A stretch of DNA of 64,000 nucleotides, from positions 1 to 64,000 of the forward strand of contig JAHBMJ010000090.1 of the NCBI GenBank assembly GCA_018398765.1, written 5' to 3'. Shown here one piece after another: positions 1 to 12,726 of this stretch. Within the stretch, counting starts at the first letter, position 1. Every line of letters starts with the position of its first letter. Source of the stretch: Chromera velia. Lineage: Eukaryota. A model generated the notes under the pieces. The model searched no databases. It saw only the letters and a program-made list of their open reading frames with translations, and had not been told where the DNA came from. The position numbers and the translations under genes are program-made.

Positions 1-2
1 AG

Positions 3-2282
3 GAGGGGGGGGGGAGATATGGTGATAGAGATGGGGGGCGTGTGGGAAGGGGAGACGATGATAGAGACTGGAGGGGGGGGGGCAGGAAGAGATCAGAGAC
101 CCCTCCTCGGTACGGAAGGGGAAGGTACGACAGAGACAGAGACGATTCTCCTCGGGGGGGCAGAGGGAGATATGGCGGCCGCGATCGGTCCGACTCACGT
201 GACCGCCCTCGTCGTCGCAGCCCGGAGCCCCCCCGTGACGACAGACCCGCCCACCTTCGCTTGAAGGACAGAATGAAGGGTGGCCCTGATGAGAACAAAG
301 AGAATGCAAAGGAAAACAAAGAGAACGCGCCTGCCGAGCTCAGCGTGGCAGACCGCCTCCGTGGGATGGACGCCGCCTCTGGCCCCCCCGCCCGTGGTGG
401 CGACCGCGATCGTCCTATCGACCGCGCTGCTGCGATCGAGAGGGATGCCAAGGGATCTTATGTTCCTCCGAGCATGCGCAGAGTGTTGGAGGAGGAAAAG
501 AGACGCGAGCAGAGCGACAGCAGACCGATGAGAAGAGGCCCCCCCCCAACGAAGGACGCCTCCGACTTCCCTTCCTTGATGGCAGTCAAGAAGGACGACG
601 AGCCCGAACCGAAAGAGGACAAGGAGAAGAAGCAGAAGAAGAAAAAGAACCGCCCTGCCCCCCCTGCAGGCGGTGCAGCTCCCCCCTCAGCCACCTCCAC
701 CGGTGTGCCCTCTGCCTCTGGCACACCCATCCCCCCCGGAGTCGAGCCAGAGCTCTGGCAGAAATTTGCCTCCCTTGTCCACTCCGCCCTCAAGAGTGGG
801 AAGGATGCCAAGCAGACTGCCTCAGAGGCCGAGGAGATGTTGGATGAGAGCGCTCTGAAGGCCCCTGCCGCTTCCGCAGAAGTCATCGCCGTCGTCCTCG
901 AAGAGAACGACAAAACCGAAGCATCCCTCCGCCAGACATGCCAGAAAGCTGCCCCCCTTCTCAAGGCATTTCTGGCCAAGAGGGACGAGGGATCCTCCCC
1001 TTCTCCCTCCGTACAGCTGATTCGCGACTGCGTCCTGAAGGCCTTCAAGGCCGGGATGCCGAAAGTCACTGACGGGGAGGGCCTTCCGATGGTCAAGGTC
1101 GTGTTTGAGGAACTGGAGAAGGCCGAAGTGGTCTCTCCCGAGGCGTGTGTCGCGGTCAGTTCTTTTTGTACTTTCTCTCTCTTTTTTTCTTTTTGTTTCG
1201 GGGAGGATCACGCGGAGGCCATTTTCCCGTTCAGTCTTTTTTTTTCTCTTCTTCTCTCTGCTCTCTTGCTCTCTTCTCTTGTGCGTCAGCTAAAGAAACT
1301 GGGGCTCTCTCTACTGCAGTGTGAGTGAGAGAACTCATCTGGGGGGCCAAAATATTGCTGTAGCACAGCCCGTGCAGCCCATCAGCCATGCATTGTAGTG
1401 TCTTTCAGAAGGGCCGGAAGGGCATCGTCATCTTGACGGACGAAGTGCATGAGAAAGGGAAGTCAAAGGATGAATTGACGCCAGGAAGGGAGCACAGGCT
1501 TTTCTCTGTTTTGTCCTATGCAAGCTTCACCTTTCGATGTTTCTATTCTGCTCTGACCCGCTGATGCACCAATATGTGTGCATGCAGTGGTTCGACGACT
1601 TTGAGGATGAGACAGAGGGAAGAGAGAAGGTGCTCTTCCAGGTTGGTTGGTTGGTCTTCTTTTTTGTGACGTTGTACAGAGACGGGGAGACAGCGGGGGT
1701 GAAGAGGCGCAGTACGTGCGTCGCTGGTGACTGTGTCAATCTGGCCTTTGCCTCTTCTTTTGTTGTTTTTGCGGTTTCTCTTTCGTCACTTCCCAATTTC
1801 GACTTTGGCTCTTCTGTTTGTATGCCGTAGTGGCTCCCTACACTGTCTCACTAGTTCCCGTGCTTGTGCTCCTCCGCCTGTCTTTTGTCTTCTGTCCATT
1901 CATTGACGCACGCATCCTCCCATCCATCCCTGCAGGTGATGAGTTTCATGGAGGAAATGAAGAAGAAAACGGGAGACACTGGGGGGCCGGGAGATGTCAG
2001 TCAGCCCAGGCAGGGGGGCGGGATGGGCTAGCTAGAGAGGTGGAGCCAGCCAGTCATCTTGGGCATCTTTCCGATCCTCCCATACATGTGTTTTTCTTTC
2101 ATCCTTTGCTTGTTCCGTTTTTTTGTTCTTCTGTCCTCTTTGCGTTTGCTCTTGCTCTCTCCGTTGGTGCTCTGGCCATGACTCTTAGTTTACTCCTATT
2201 TTATCTGACTAGCTGCCTGCCTGTCTGTCAGTCACCGAATGGGAGGCAGGACAAAGGAAAGTGGTGTTAATGTGCATATGGA

Positions 2283-2326
<44 letters not shown>

Positions 2327-2474
2327 TGTGTGTGTTTCCCCGTATGTGTGTGTGTTGAAGCAGGCCGGTGGAGACGAGGAGGACGAGGAGTCAGAAGACG
2401 AGGACGACATCGAGGCCGTCATCCCCCAGAGAGGGACAGACAAGGCCCAGGGGTTCGCAGGGTATGCGCTGTGA
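3..2474 (+). CDS. W2 (eIF4G/eIF5/eIF2Be C-terminal) domain protein with an RG/RD-rich N-terminus; 5'-partial; exons <3-1154, 1588-1641, 1936-1995, 2364-2474
   Basis: The frame is open from the window start. Phase-0 GT-AG splicing gives ...LEKAEVVSPEACVA|WFDDFEDETEGREKVLFQ|VMSFMEEMKKKTGDTGGPGD|AGGDEEDEESEDEDD...GYAL*. This resembles the eIF4G2/DAP5-type W2 end (W..D.....GK.KALFQV..., then an acidic tail). YVPPSMR and DFPSL motifs lie upstream. Confidence 0.75.
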
Positions 2475-4996
2475 GAGGGGAAGGAGACCAAGGGAGTGTG
2501 GGGGGGCGTGAGAAGAGGGAGGGAGGGAGGGAGAGAGGTCGGATGGCTCATTTGGTTGGAGAGGAAAAATGGGTGAACGGACAGTACAAGAGAGCAAGAA
2601 GATGGAGGGAAACGGTTGGGTTTGACATTCTTCTTCATCTCCCTCCTTTTTCTCAGAGTCTTTATCGGAGAAAATAGCACAGAAGGAAGGAAGGAAGGTA
2701 GAAGGCCCCTTCCTCCCTCCAGAGACAGAGAGGAGGGGGTTGGGAAGGGAAGGAGGTTTGGAGAAACTGCGTGGAGGAATGGGTGAGTGAGGAGAGGAAG
2801 CTCCCCCTGCTTCTTTCCCGATCGGTCATTCACTAAGCCGACTGTCGTCTTGTGCCTGCGTCACAGGAAGAAGAGAGAAGGAGCTAGAGGTTTGGAATCT
2901 TGGTGAGTCGTTAGGGGAGTGAAGCGATGTGTGAGATCGTGTTTCGGTCTGGGGCCTTTCTTCCCTCTCTCTGTATCTGGATGGAATGAGTTGGGGTGGA
3001 ATGCAAAAAGTAGTGACGGGTGGGTGTGGAAGTTTTGGTTCTTCTCCCAGTCGGACCCCTTTCTTCTCTTCCTTCACAAAGTGACGGGAGGGAGGGATGT
3101 GGGGAGGAGAGGAGAGGTATTGCTTGAAGAGTCACTTGGTAGAGCGACCTTTGCACTAGCTAGCTGCGTGTAGAGAGAGAGAGAGACTGTGTCAGGTCTC
3201 TGCTGTCTGGGTATTCCCCTGTCTGCCTTTCCATTTGTCTCTCTCTGGCTGCATGCATAGACACACACACAGACACACCCATCTCCGTTCCCGGCAAAGT
3301 TCTTTCCTTGCTTGCTGTCTTGCTTTCTTGCAAGGTTCACGGCACATCCCCTCACGCTTTTTCTTCTGCTGCGGCTGCTGCCTGTGTGAGTCGGACTCCT
3401 ATTCTGCTCACTGAAAGTCCTGCAACACGCAGTTTGTTCTGTCTGTCCTTCAGCTTCTCCTCTCGCCAGACAGTCAACGGCTTCCGAAGGGACCTGCCTG
3501 TCTGTCTGACTGCACTCCTTGATCATGCTTCTTCACCCCTCCTTCCCGTACAGCTAGAGAGAGACACAGAGAGAAATCTCCCCCTTCGCTTGCCCTTTTG
3601 TCTGTCGTTCCTCTGGACTTCTCTTCGTTCTTTTCTTCCTTTCTTTCCTGCCTGCCCGCCTTCCCTTTCTACTCCCTCCCTCCAACAAAAGGTGTTGAGG
3701 ATCGGTTAATTGATCGAGGCGGTAGCTCGATTCCGTCCACGCAAACAGAAAGAGGAAGAAAGAAAGAATATTTATTTATATCGTCCATTCACTGCAAGCG
3801 TGGGCTTGGGTCAGTCAGGGGACGAGAGAGTGATTGCGCTGATGTTTTTTGTGTTCGGCAGCCAGCCAGAAGGAAGAAGCGCGGTCTCCCTTCTCCGTCT
3901 ATCTGTCTGTCTTTTCTGTCTGTCTGCCTTTTGTCTGTTTGCATCGCATGATTTTGATCAGAATAACGAGGGAGTTTCTTTCAATTAGGGAATAGGGTTG
4001 GGTTTTTGGAGGGAGGGCTTTTGGTTGCTTCGGTCAGTCGATTTCTTCCCTCTCTCCCTCCGTGCAGTGAATTCATTCATTCGTGCATGCATGCAGTGTG
4101 AGTAACTTAGTGCATGACGAGAATTAAGTGCATACATGCTCGATCGACGTCAGCTCTGTTGATTTGTCCTTCATGTGCACGCAAGAGCCTCCTTGCATGA
4201 GCAGCGCAACAATGATGATGTGTCAACGTGAGTACCGTATTCCTTGGATCATGACCCCCGATGAATCCATCGATTCTTTCGTCCCCCAGACAAGTTTTTT
4301 CCGTGAACTTCTCCAACCTTATGCACCCCCTGCCAGCCTTCGCGTCGATCCGTCCCCAGTTTCCAAAGCATCCGGTCCCTTCCAATGATCCCCATCCTGG
4401 AATTCGCTTCTTCGATCCGCTGAATTCTTTGGTGCGTGTCAATACGGCACAGTCAAGCTGGTACATTTGTGGTTTCTACGCTTGCAGTGAAGCCTAGAGT
4501 GAAGCTGTCATGTCATCGATCCGGCTAGGTTTCTGGATGGAAAGCTGCTGTCAGAGTTGCCTCAACTGAAGCCATTTTGCGGGTCGTATACACTGCATGA
4601 TGCCGGTCAGGAGAAAAGACAAGCAAATTAAAACAATTTTTGTCTCTTATAATTAATATAATTTCTGGCGATGCATAATATCTAGCATAATATATAATTT
4701 CTTTTTTTATTATTATTATTATTATTTATGGAGTGCAAAGCCTGGTTTTTAGAATATGATTGTATATGTGATGGTCGAGGTTTTTGTTTAATATGCATAT
4801 GATTGTATATCAAATTTGTTTATACCATAATTGTGTATTAAGTCCTAGACTCCTAGTGACTAAAAGTCTACACTTCCCACGTAACTAGCACAACTAGATT
4901 AAACTTAGTACGGCAGAGTGATATCCCCCAGAGAAGAAAGCTACATCATCAAACTCGCTATATACTCAGTCGCAACTGACACACATCAATGCCCTT

Positions 4997-5446
4997 TTAA
5001 CATTCCTTCTTCAAACGTTCGTTTTGTTCGCTGGATTGAGACTCACATTTCACTGGATATCTGTATACAGTGACGGGACCGTAAGTAGAGCTCCATCTCT
5101 GGTCGACCTGGGGAGACTGACCAACCGAACCTAAGCTTGCAGTCTCGGGATTTGACTGAAGAAAACTTTGGGCAGCAGCCTCGACTTTCACTTGCTGAAG
5201 ACGCTGCTCAGCTTCCTCGTATGCACGCTGCATAGCAATTCTATATTCGAGAGAATAGTAGGGGGGTTCCGTACATTCTTCTTCTTTCATTGAAGAGGGT
5301 TGTGTAGAAAAATCTCTTGCATAAGGGTATACAAGGGGTGGGCGGTGGGCTTGAGGGTCCCAGCCGTGTTGACCCCCTAAAGAACGATGAGCGGGGTGGG
5401 CGCCGTGGGGGGGGAGTAATGGCTGAGCAGCCGGGTGGCCGTTCAA
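4997..5446 (-). CDS. Hypothetical 149-aa ORF of unknown function beside a gap
   Basis: Open frame of non-microsatellite sequence with no recognisable domain; the start is uncertain. Confidence 0.25.
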   Translation of the reverse strand: MNGHPAAQPLLPPHGAHPAHRSLGGQHGWDPQAHRPPLVYPYARDFSTQPSSMKEEECTEPPYYSLEYRIAMQRAYEEAEQRLQQVKVEAAAQSFLQSNPETASLGSVGQSPQVDQRWSSTYGPVTVYRYPVKCESQSSEQNERLKKEC

Positions 5447-6400
5447 GCTCGTACTAAAATTTCCCTACATCCCAGGGACAGAGGCAGGTCCCTGGCCCAC
5501 GAGAAGATGCGACCCTTGCAGCGGATGGAGGAGAGGAGATTGATTGGGAAGAAAACTCGATAAAGGTGGAACCGGGGAGGCACCAAAGNNNNNNNNNNNN
5601 NNNNNNNNNNNNNNNNNNNNNNNNNNNNNNNNNNNNNNNNNNNNNNNNNNNNNNNNNNNNGGGACGGCGTTGGAGAGTGGCAGTTAGTTGGCTAGCATAA
5701 CGGAGCTCATAGGTCGTAAGTTCAAGTTCTGTCATGCAAGGTTCGTACTTCTCTCTAAAGCAATGCTCTATTGCTTTCAGACTGACTGACCTGCATAGAC
5801 TTGCATTGCATGTGTATTGACTCATAGACGGCGCGACGCCATGCATGCGGTTAGGCTCGGCATGCGCGCGGCTCATTCCATTCTGACACATGGAACCACT
5901 TATTGTCACTCAGACGCTCACATCGTTACGTGCCACCACTCCCTCCAGGCCACGTCCACGCTGGCCGAAGAAAAAGAACAACAAACAAGCTGAAAGCATT
6001 GATCTAGAAACGAATTTTTTCCATTTATTCATTTGTCCATTCAGACCGAGTCATACAGTAATGCCATCTTAAATCTGATTCAATCACGTCGTCTTACTCT
6101 TCCCTACACCGTGCCACCTCCCCCTCCTGGACCACGTCCACGCGCGGTCGGTGACATACTCCACGGTAGACCAAAGAAAAAAAAATCTGGCTCACATTTA
6201 CGAACAAGCTTGCAACAAACAGACAAGCGAGGCAAAAGAACCAACCAAGAGCTAACAACAAATGAACAACTTCCAACGTCAATGCCGTCGGATGCTGTTA
6301 GAACAGGCACAGCCGCTCAGACAACCAAAGAATTCTAAAGCCGAACGAATTCATACACCGTTATACACAACGCAAACTCCGTAGTACCATGCTAATTCTT

Positions 6401-7906
6401 TCACACCCCGTGCCACACCTGAGGGACAAACGGCTCAACACCTTGGCAAGAACGTGCTAAGAAGGCATGCTAGTCAGCCGTGCCAACCCCTGTCATCTCT
6501 GGTACGAAATCCGCGCCCAACGTCCGCACCCGAAAGGAAAGATCTCGCCAGTACTCTCGCACGAGAGGGTCGTACTGAGGTGGTCTGCAAAGCCCACCAG
6601 ACGTCTGCTGAACTGTTCGTTTCTTTTTTCTTTCCGTCTCCTTTGCCCTCTCCTTTTCACGTTCCTTCACCTCCTCCCTCTCCTGCTTTCGTCTCGCTTG
6701 CCTCGACACCGCAACTTCCACCGTCCCTTGCCTCTCTTCCCTCAATGAATTCAACTCCCTTTCATGTTTTTCTTGTCTCTGTCTCTCCTTCTTCTCCTGC
6801 CGCTTCTGTTTCTTTCTTTCTGCTCTGCCTGTCTTCACTAAATCACGCCCGTCTCCGTGTTTCCTGAAAGCAGTCTCGCGTGCTGTTTCCACGTCTGACC
6901 GCCCTGCACAGTCATCTCGTCTCTCTCCACCCTCTGTCTGGCCGAACTGCGACCCAGCTCCAATCTCGTCGGGGAATAGCCTCCGCTCGATTAAGCCGAG
7001 CCTCATCGGCACCACTTCTTCTGATGGAGACGGAACCGGAAAATCAAATGTCGTGTGGGGCGTCTCCTTCCACGTGCCTCCCTCTTCCATCACATCAACA
7101 CCGCCCTCTTCCATCAACTCATCTCCATCCATCCCGCCAAAATCGAATTCTCCATCAACTGCCTGTCCAGACACAACGCCTGCCTCCGTCTCAAAGCCAG
7201 GGGACACACTCCCCCATCTGGCTCTCACAGTGTTCTCACCCGCCAGGCCATCGTGCGGTGAGCCACGCAACCGCATACTGTCACCTCGGCCGTTCAAAAT
7301 ATCATGCGGCTCAAATCCTGCCTGTCTCGTGGCGACAGCGCTCGGAACATTCATACGAGAGCCTTGGATGCTGTTCCCAAACCCCCGCCCTTCTGACTGC
7401 AGTCGCCCTCCTCCTTCTCCCAATCGCGCGACCGCACTGCGACTCTTACCCTCTGACCTTACTGGTAAACGGCGCCATGAAATGCGCCCTTCCTGCTTTC
7501 TCCTCCCTCTCCCTTTCTCTTTCCCCACAGAAGCGGCTTTTTGATCTCCAGGTGACTGCTGTGATGGCTGCTGTGATGCCATTGGCTTCTCTGCCGCTTG
7601 CTTGTTGGCCCAAGCTGCTGCCGTCAATCTTCGACTCCTGCGTGCTTTCGGCTTCTTTCCGGTCAGACGTTGTTTTGCTTCATCGCCCTTCCCTTCCTCT
7701 TCAAGGGTGGGCGCGGCCGGTTGGCAGCCCCCTACCACCTCTGAAAGCTTCTCCACCAGTTGTTGACTCTCGTGCAAGAAGGCCTCACCGTTCTTCCGCA
7801 CCTCCTTGAGGGACACGTTCGCATACTTCTCCGAAAAGTCTTCAACAAGCGAAACAAAATGACTGAAACGATCCGTCACAGACATCACGACCATCCGATT
7901 GGACAT
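6401..7906 (-). pseudogene. Copy 1 of the duplicated hypothetical gene (ancestral ORF about 501 aa); premature TAG at 6470-6472 leaves 478 aa
   Basis: ORF MSNRMVV...GTAD*. Copy 2 has TGG at this codon and reads on for about 23 aa (WHAFLARSCQG...HGV*). Confidence 0.6.
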
Positions 7907-8830
7907 TCTTCAAAGAAAAGGAAACTGCAAGGAGCCTGTCACGGGGAAATAAGTCCCTGTGAATGTTTTCGGGTAGCTGTGTGCGTCGCTCTTCAGGGAA
8001 TCGCCAACTGAGAACGATGCGACAACACCTTCATTCGACCAGTCAAAGACGGTCAACGAATCTACCTTATCTGAGCGGGTCGACCACTCTGCTACCACGT
8101 TGGAGAGTGGCAGTTAGTTGGCTAGCATAACGGAGCTCATAGGTCGTAAGTTCAAGTTCTGTCATGCAAGGTTCGTACTTCTCTCTAAAGCAATGCTCTA
8201 TTGCTTTCAGACTGACTGACCTGCATAGACTTGCATTGCATGTGTATTGACTCATAGACGGCGCGACGCCATGCATGCGGCTAGGCTCAGCATGCGCGCG
8301 GCTCATTCCATTCTGACACATGGAACCACTTATTGTCACTCAGACGCTCACATCGTTACGTGCCACCACTCCCTCCAGGCCACGTCCACGCTGGCCGAAG
8401 AAAAAGAACAACAAACAAGCTGAAAGCATCGATCTAGAAACGAATTTTTTCCATTTATTCATTTGTCCATTCAGACCGAGTCATACAGTGATGCCGTCTT
8501 AAATCTGATTCAATCACGTCGTCTCACTCTTCCCTACACCGTGCCACCTCCCCCTCCTGGACCGCGTCCACGCGCGGTCGGTGACACACTCCACGGTAGA
8601 CCAAAGAAAAAAAAATCTGGCTCACATTTACGAACAAGCTTGCAACAAACAGACAAGCGAGGCAAAAGAACCAACCAAGAGCTAACAACAAATGAACAAC
8701 TTCCAACGTCAATGCCGTCGGATGCTGTCAGAACAGGCACAGCCGCTCAGACAACCAAAGAATTCTAAAGCCAAACGAATTCACACACCGTTATACACAA
8801 CGCAAACTCCGTAGTACCATGCTAATTCTT

Positions 8831-10336
8831 TCACACCCCGTGCCACACCTGAGGGACAAACGGCTCAACACCTTGGCAAGAACGTGCTAAGAAGGCATGC
8901 CAGTCAGCCGTGCCAACCCCTGTCATCTCTGGTACGAAATCCGCGCCCAACGTCCGTACCCGAAAGGAAAGATCTCGCCAGTACTCTCGCATGAGAGGGT
9001 CGTACTGAGGTGGTCTGCAAAGCCCACCAGACGTCTGCTGAACTGTTCGTTTCTTTTTTCTTTCCGTCTCCTTTGCCCTCTCCTTTTCACGTTCCTTCAC
9101 CTCCTCCCTCTCCTGCTTTCGTCTCGCTTGCCTCGACACCGCAACTTCCACCGTCCCTTACCTCTCTTCCCTCAATGAATTCAACTCCCTTTCATGTTTT
9201 TCTTGTCTCTGTCTCTCCTTCTTCTCCTGCCGTTTCTGTTTCTTTCTTTCTGCTCTGCCTGTCTTCACTAACTCACGCCCGTCTCCGTGTTTCCTGAAAG
9301 CAGTCTCGCGTGCTGTTTCCACGTCTGACCGCCCTGCACAGTCATCTCGTCTCTCTCCACCCTCTATCTGGCCGAACTGCGACCCAGCTCCAATCTCGTC
9401 GGGGAATAGCCTCCGCTCGATTAAGCCAAGCCTCATCGGCACCACTTCTTCTGATGGAGACGGAACCGGAAAATCAAATGTCATGTGGGGCGTCTCCTTT
9501 TACGTGCCTCCCTCTTCCATCACATCAACACCGCCCTCTTCCATCAACTCATCTCCATCCATCCCGCCAAAATCGAATTCTCCATCAACTGCCTGTCCAG
9601 ACACAACGCCTGCCTCCGTCTCAAAGCCAGGGGACACACTCCCCCATCTGGCTCTCACAGTGTTCTCACCCGCCAGGCCATCGTGCGGTGAGCCACGCAA
9701 CCGCATACTGTCACCTCGGCCGTTCAAAATATCATGCGGCTCAAATCCTGCCTGTCTCGTGGCGACAGCGCTCGGAACATTCATACGAGAGCCTTGGATG
9801 CTGTTCCCAAACCCCCGCCCTTCTGACTGCAGTCGCCCTCCTCCTTCTCCCAATCGCGCGACCGCACTGCGACTCTTACCCTCTGACCTTACTGGTAAAC
9901 GGCGCCATGAAATGCGCCCTTCCTGCTTTCTCCTCCCTCTCCCTTTCTCTTTCCCCACAGAAGCGGCTTTTTGATCTCCAGGTGACTGCTGTGATGGCTG
10001 CTGTGATGCCATTGGCTTCTCTGCCGCTTGCTTGTTGGCCCAAGCTGCTGCCGTCAATCTTCGACTCCTGCGTGCTTTCGGCTTCTTTCCGGTCAGACGT
10101 TGTTTTGCTTCATCGCCCTTCCCTTCCTCTTCAAGGGTGGGCGCGGCCGGTTGGCAGCCCCCTACCACCTCTGAAAGCTTCTCCACCAGTTGTTGACTCT
10201 CGTGCAAGAAGGCCTCACCGTTCTTCCGCACCTCCTTGAGGGACACGTTCGCATACTTCTCCGAAAAGTCTTCAACAAGCGAAACAAAATGACTGAAACG
10301 ATCCGTCACAGACATCACGACCATCCGATTGGACAT
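8831..10336 (-). pseudogene. Copy 2 of the same gene, broken by TAA at 9500-9502 and TAA at 9158-9160
   Basis: Copy 1 has TGG and CAA at the equivalent codons, and the frame is otherwise preserved. Confidence 0.7.
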
Positions 10337-12726
10337 TCTTCAAAGAAAAGGAAACTGCAAGGAGCCTGTCACGGGGAAATAAGTCCCTGTGAATGTTTTC
10401 GGGTAGCTGTGTGCGTCGCTCTTCAGGGAATCGCCAACTGAGAACGATGCGACAACACCTTCATTCGACCAGTCAAAGACGGTCAACGAATCTACCTTAT
10501 CTGAGCGGGTCGACCGCTCTGCTACCACGTTGGAGAGTGGTAGTTAGTTGGCTAGCATAACGGAGCTCATAGGTCGTAAGTTCAAGTTCTGTCATGCAAG
10601 GTTCATACTTCTCTCTAAAGCAATGCTCTATTGCTTTCAGACTGACTGACCTGCATAGACTTGCATTGCATTTGTATTGACTCATAGACGGCGCGACGCC
10701 ATGCATGCGGCTAGGCTCGGCATGCGCGCGGCTCATTCCATTCTGACACATGGAACCACTTATTGTCACTCAGACGCTCATATCGTTACGATACCAAACA
10801 TTGTTTGGAAATGTTAAAGAAGAGAAAGCAGGTATGGAAGAGAAACGGTGTTGCATCGCACAGAAGTGACACATCTGCAGGCTACAAGGTTGTTGGCATC
10901 TCTTGCTGTGACCTCCGACGGTTGTTGGCAATGGTTAATTGGCTCCTTTCGCTAACCGGTCTTGGAGTCAATCTAGGAGTCAATGCAATCATTCGCTTGT
11001 ACAAGCATGTATGCATCCTAGCATGCATCGGCATGCATGCATATATATATGATTGAATGATTGAATTGCATGCAGGATGCATGCACTGCATCAAGAACCG
11101 CGCGAGATTTCTATGCCGGTTTGGCCCGGCCCACAACGCCCGAATTACGGTTTTTCCAAACTAAAAAATTGGCGCCGAAGTTACTGAAAAACCGTAACGA
11201 AAAAAGTTGTAATCCGTAAACCCCTCACAAACCCCCATCGTATCAATCAATTAATCCCAATCCTATAAAAACTAGTACAAATTTATTTATTAAAACAAAA
11301 TATTTTATATACTGAAATTTGTGACTGCATGCTAGACTGCATGAATTCTGTGCAAACTCGGAACTATAGTCAATCAAATACAATCAATCACTCAATTAGT
11401 CAATCAATCAATCTTTCAACTTAAAAATGCCAGGAAAAATGTGCTTAAAAAAATGTTTTAAAATTTTTGTAGGAATTTGTTTTAGTATATATGAGTTGAG
11501 AGTTGAGGTGAGGCAGTATATGCATAAGATGCCCACCAACAGACACTCCGTATGATACACACCTATGGACATTGGACACATGTAGATCGACAGACAGAAA
11601 CAGTTCAAACAGACTGGGGCACGGACAGACATAATACATGCGCAACCAGTGAAAAAGACAAACAGGACAGAAAGACCCTGGCAGAGAGCAAGCAGAGGGG
11701 CAAGGTGTATCCATCCTTCTGCTGTTCTTTTCAGTTGTTTTTCGCTCGACTGACTACATGTCTTTTCCTCATTTCCCTCTCACCACTCAAAGACCCAGGC
11801 TCAGACCAAAATACACACTGGCATCAGACAAGGAAAGAAAGAGAAATACAAACAGAAACGAACAACAAAGATATTGAGATAAGCGCCACGGAAGCCATCC
11901 GCGACTGACTGCTCCTTTCAAACAAGGTAGGTGGAGACGAAAAAAATTTTAACAATTTATAATTCAGAAAAACGGAGGAGAAGAAAAAACTGCCTTGCGC
12001 TCGAGACAGATCTATACGGGGGGGAAGGGGAACAGGCACACAGAGACACGGGCAGGCAGACAGGCAGGCAGGCAGACAAAACGCAGACGGGCAGACAGAC
12101 AGGCTATATATTCTCATTGCCCAGCCAGGCACACAGAGAGACAACAGCATTTTCTCTCTTCCTCCTTCTTCAAACAGACTGGCAGAGAGAGATAGACCAT
12201 ATGATTTGAGTTCGTTTCCCTTCATCTCACTCATTCACACAGACTGTTGACAGGGCAGTCTGACAGACAAGCATGTGGGCAAGGAAGCAGGCAGGCAAGC
12301 GGACAGATAGACAGTGTATCCTTTTCTGACAGAGAGACAAGGGCAAGAGAGAATGCATGCGAAAAAGAAAACCTGACAGAACCTCCCATGCACTTTTAAC
12401 TCGGCAACAACATTGCTTCACGCTCACACCTTTAACTGGTACGCTGGGGAGTCTAGGCAACCTCTCCGTTTCCTGCACAGCTAGTATCTCTCGTCATTTG
12501 ATTGTTTGTGCATCTTTTTGTGCAGGGGGGGAGCTACTGGCTCTTTCAGCGTCGCCACGGGAGCCTTGGTGTCGGCGGTTCGTGTATCAGTGTGTCGCTA
12601 CATGCATGCTGAGGGACCACGCCGGCCACACTGTGCCATCCATCCACCTGCCATCTCTCTCCTCCCTCTTCTTCTGCTTTGACTCTTCTGATGGACGCCA
12701 CGCGGTGAGTGAAGGGTCACCGACGC

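Larger units (their letters stand above)
5667..10790. repeat. Tandem duplication with a 2430-bp period (full units 5931-8360 and 8361-10790, plus partial 5667-5930 running into a gap)
   Basis: CGTTGGAGAGTGG(C/T)AGTTAGTTGG recurs at about 5668, 8098 and 10528. Homology ends after ATCGTTACG at 10790. I counted about 23 substitutions between copies. Confidence 0.95.

Noticed and set aside
6880..7809. 309-aa plus-strand ORF (and its copy at 9310-10239)
   Set aside because: Antisense shadow of the minus-strand ORF, with a non-ATG start and no recognisable features.
4560..11400. Helitron or CACTA element enclosing the 2430-bp array
   Set aside because: I found no convincing termini, TSD, terminal hairpin or transposase/RepHel coding sequence.
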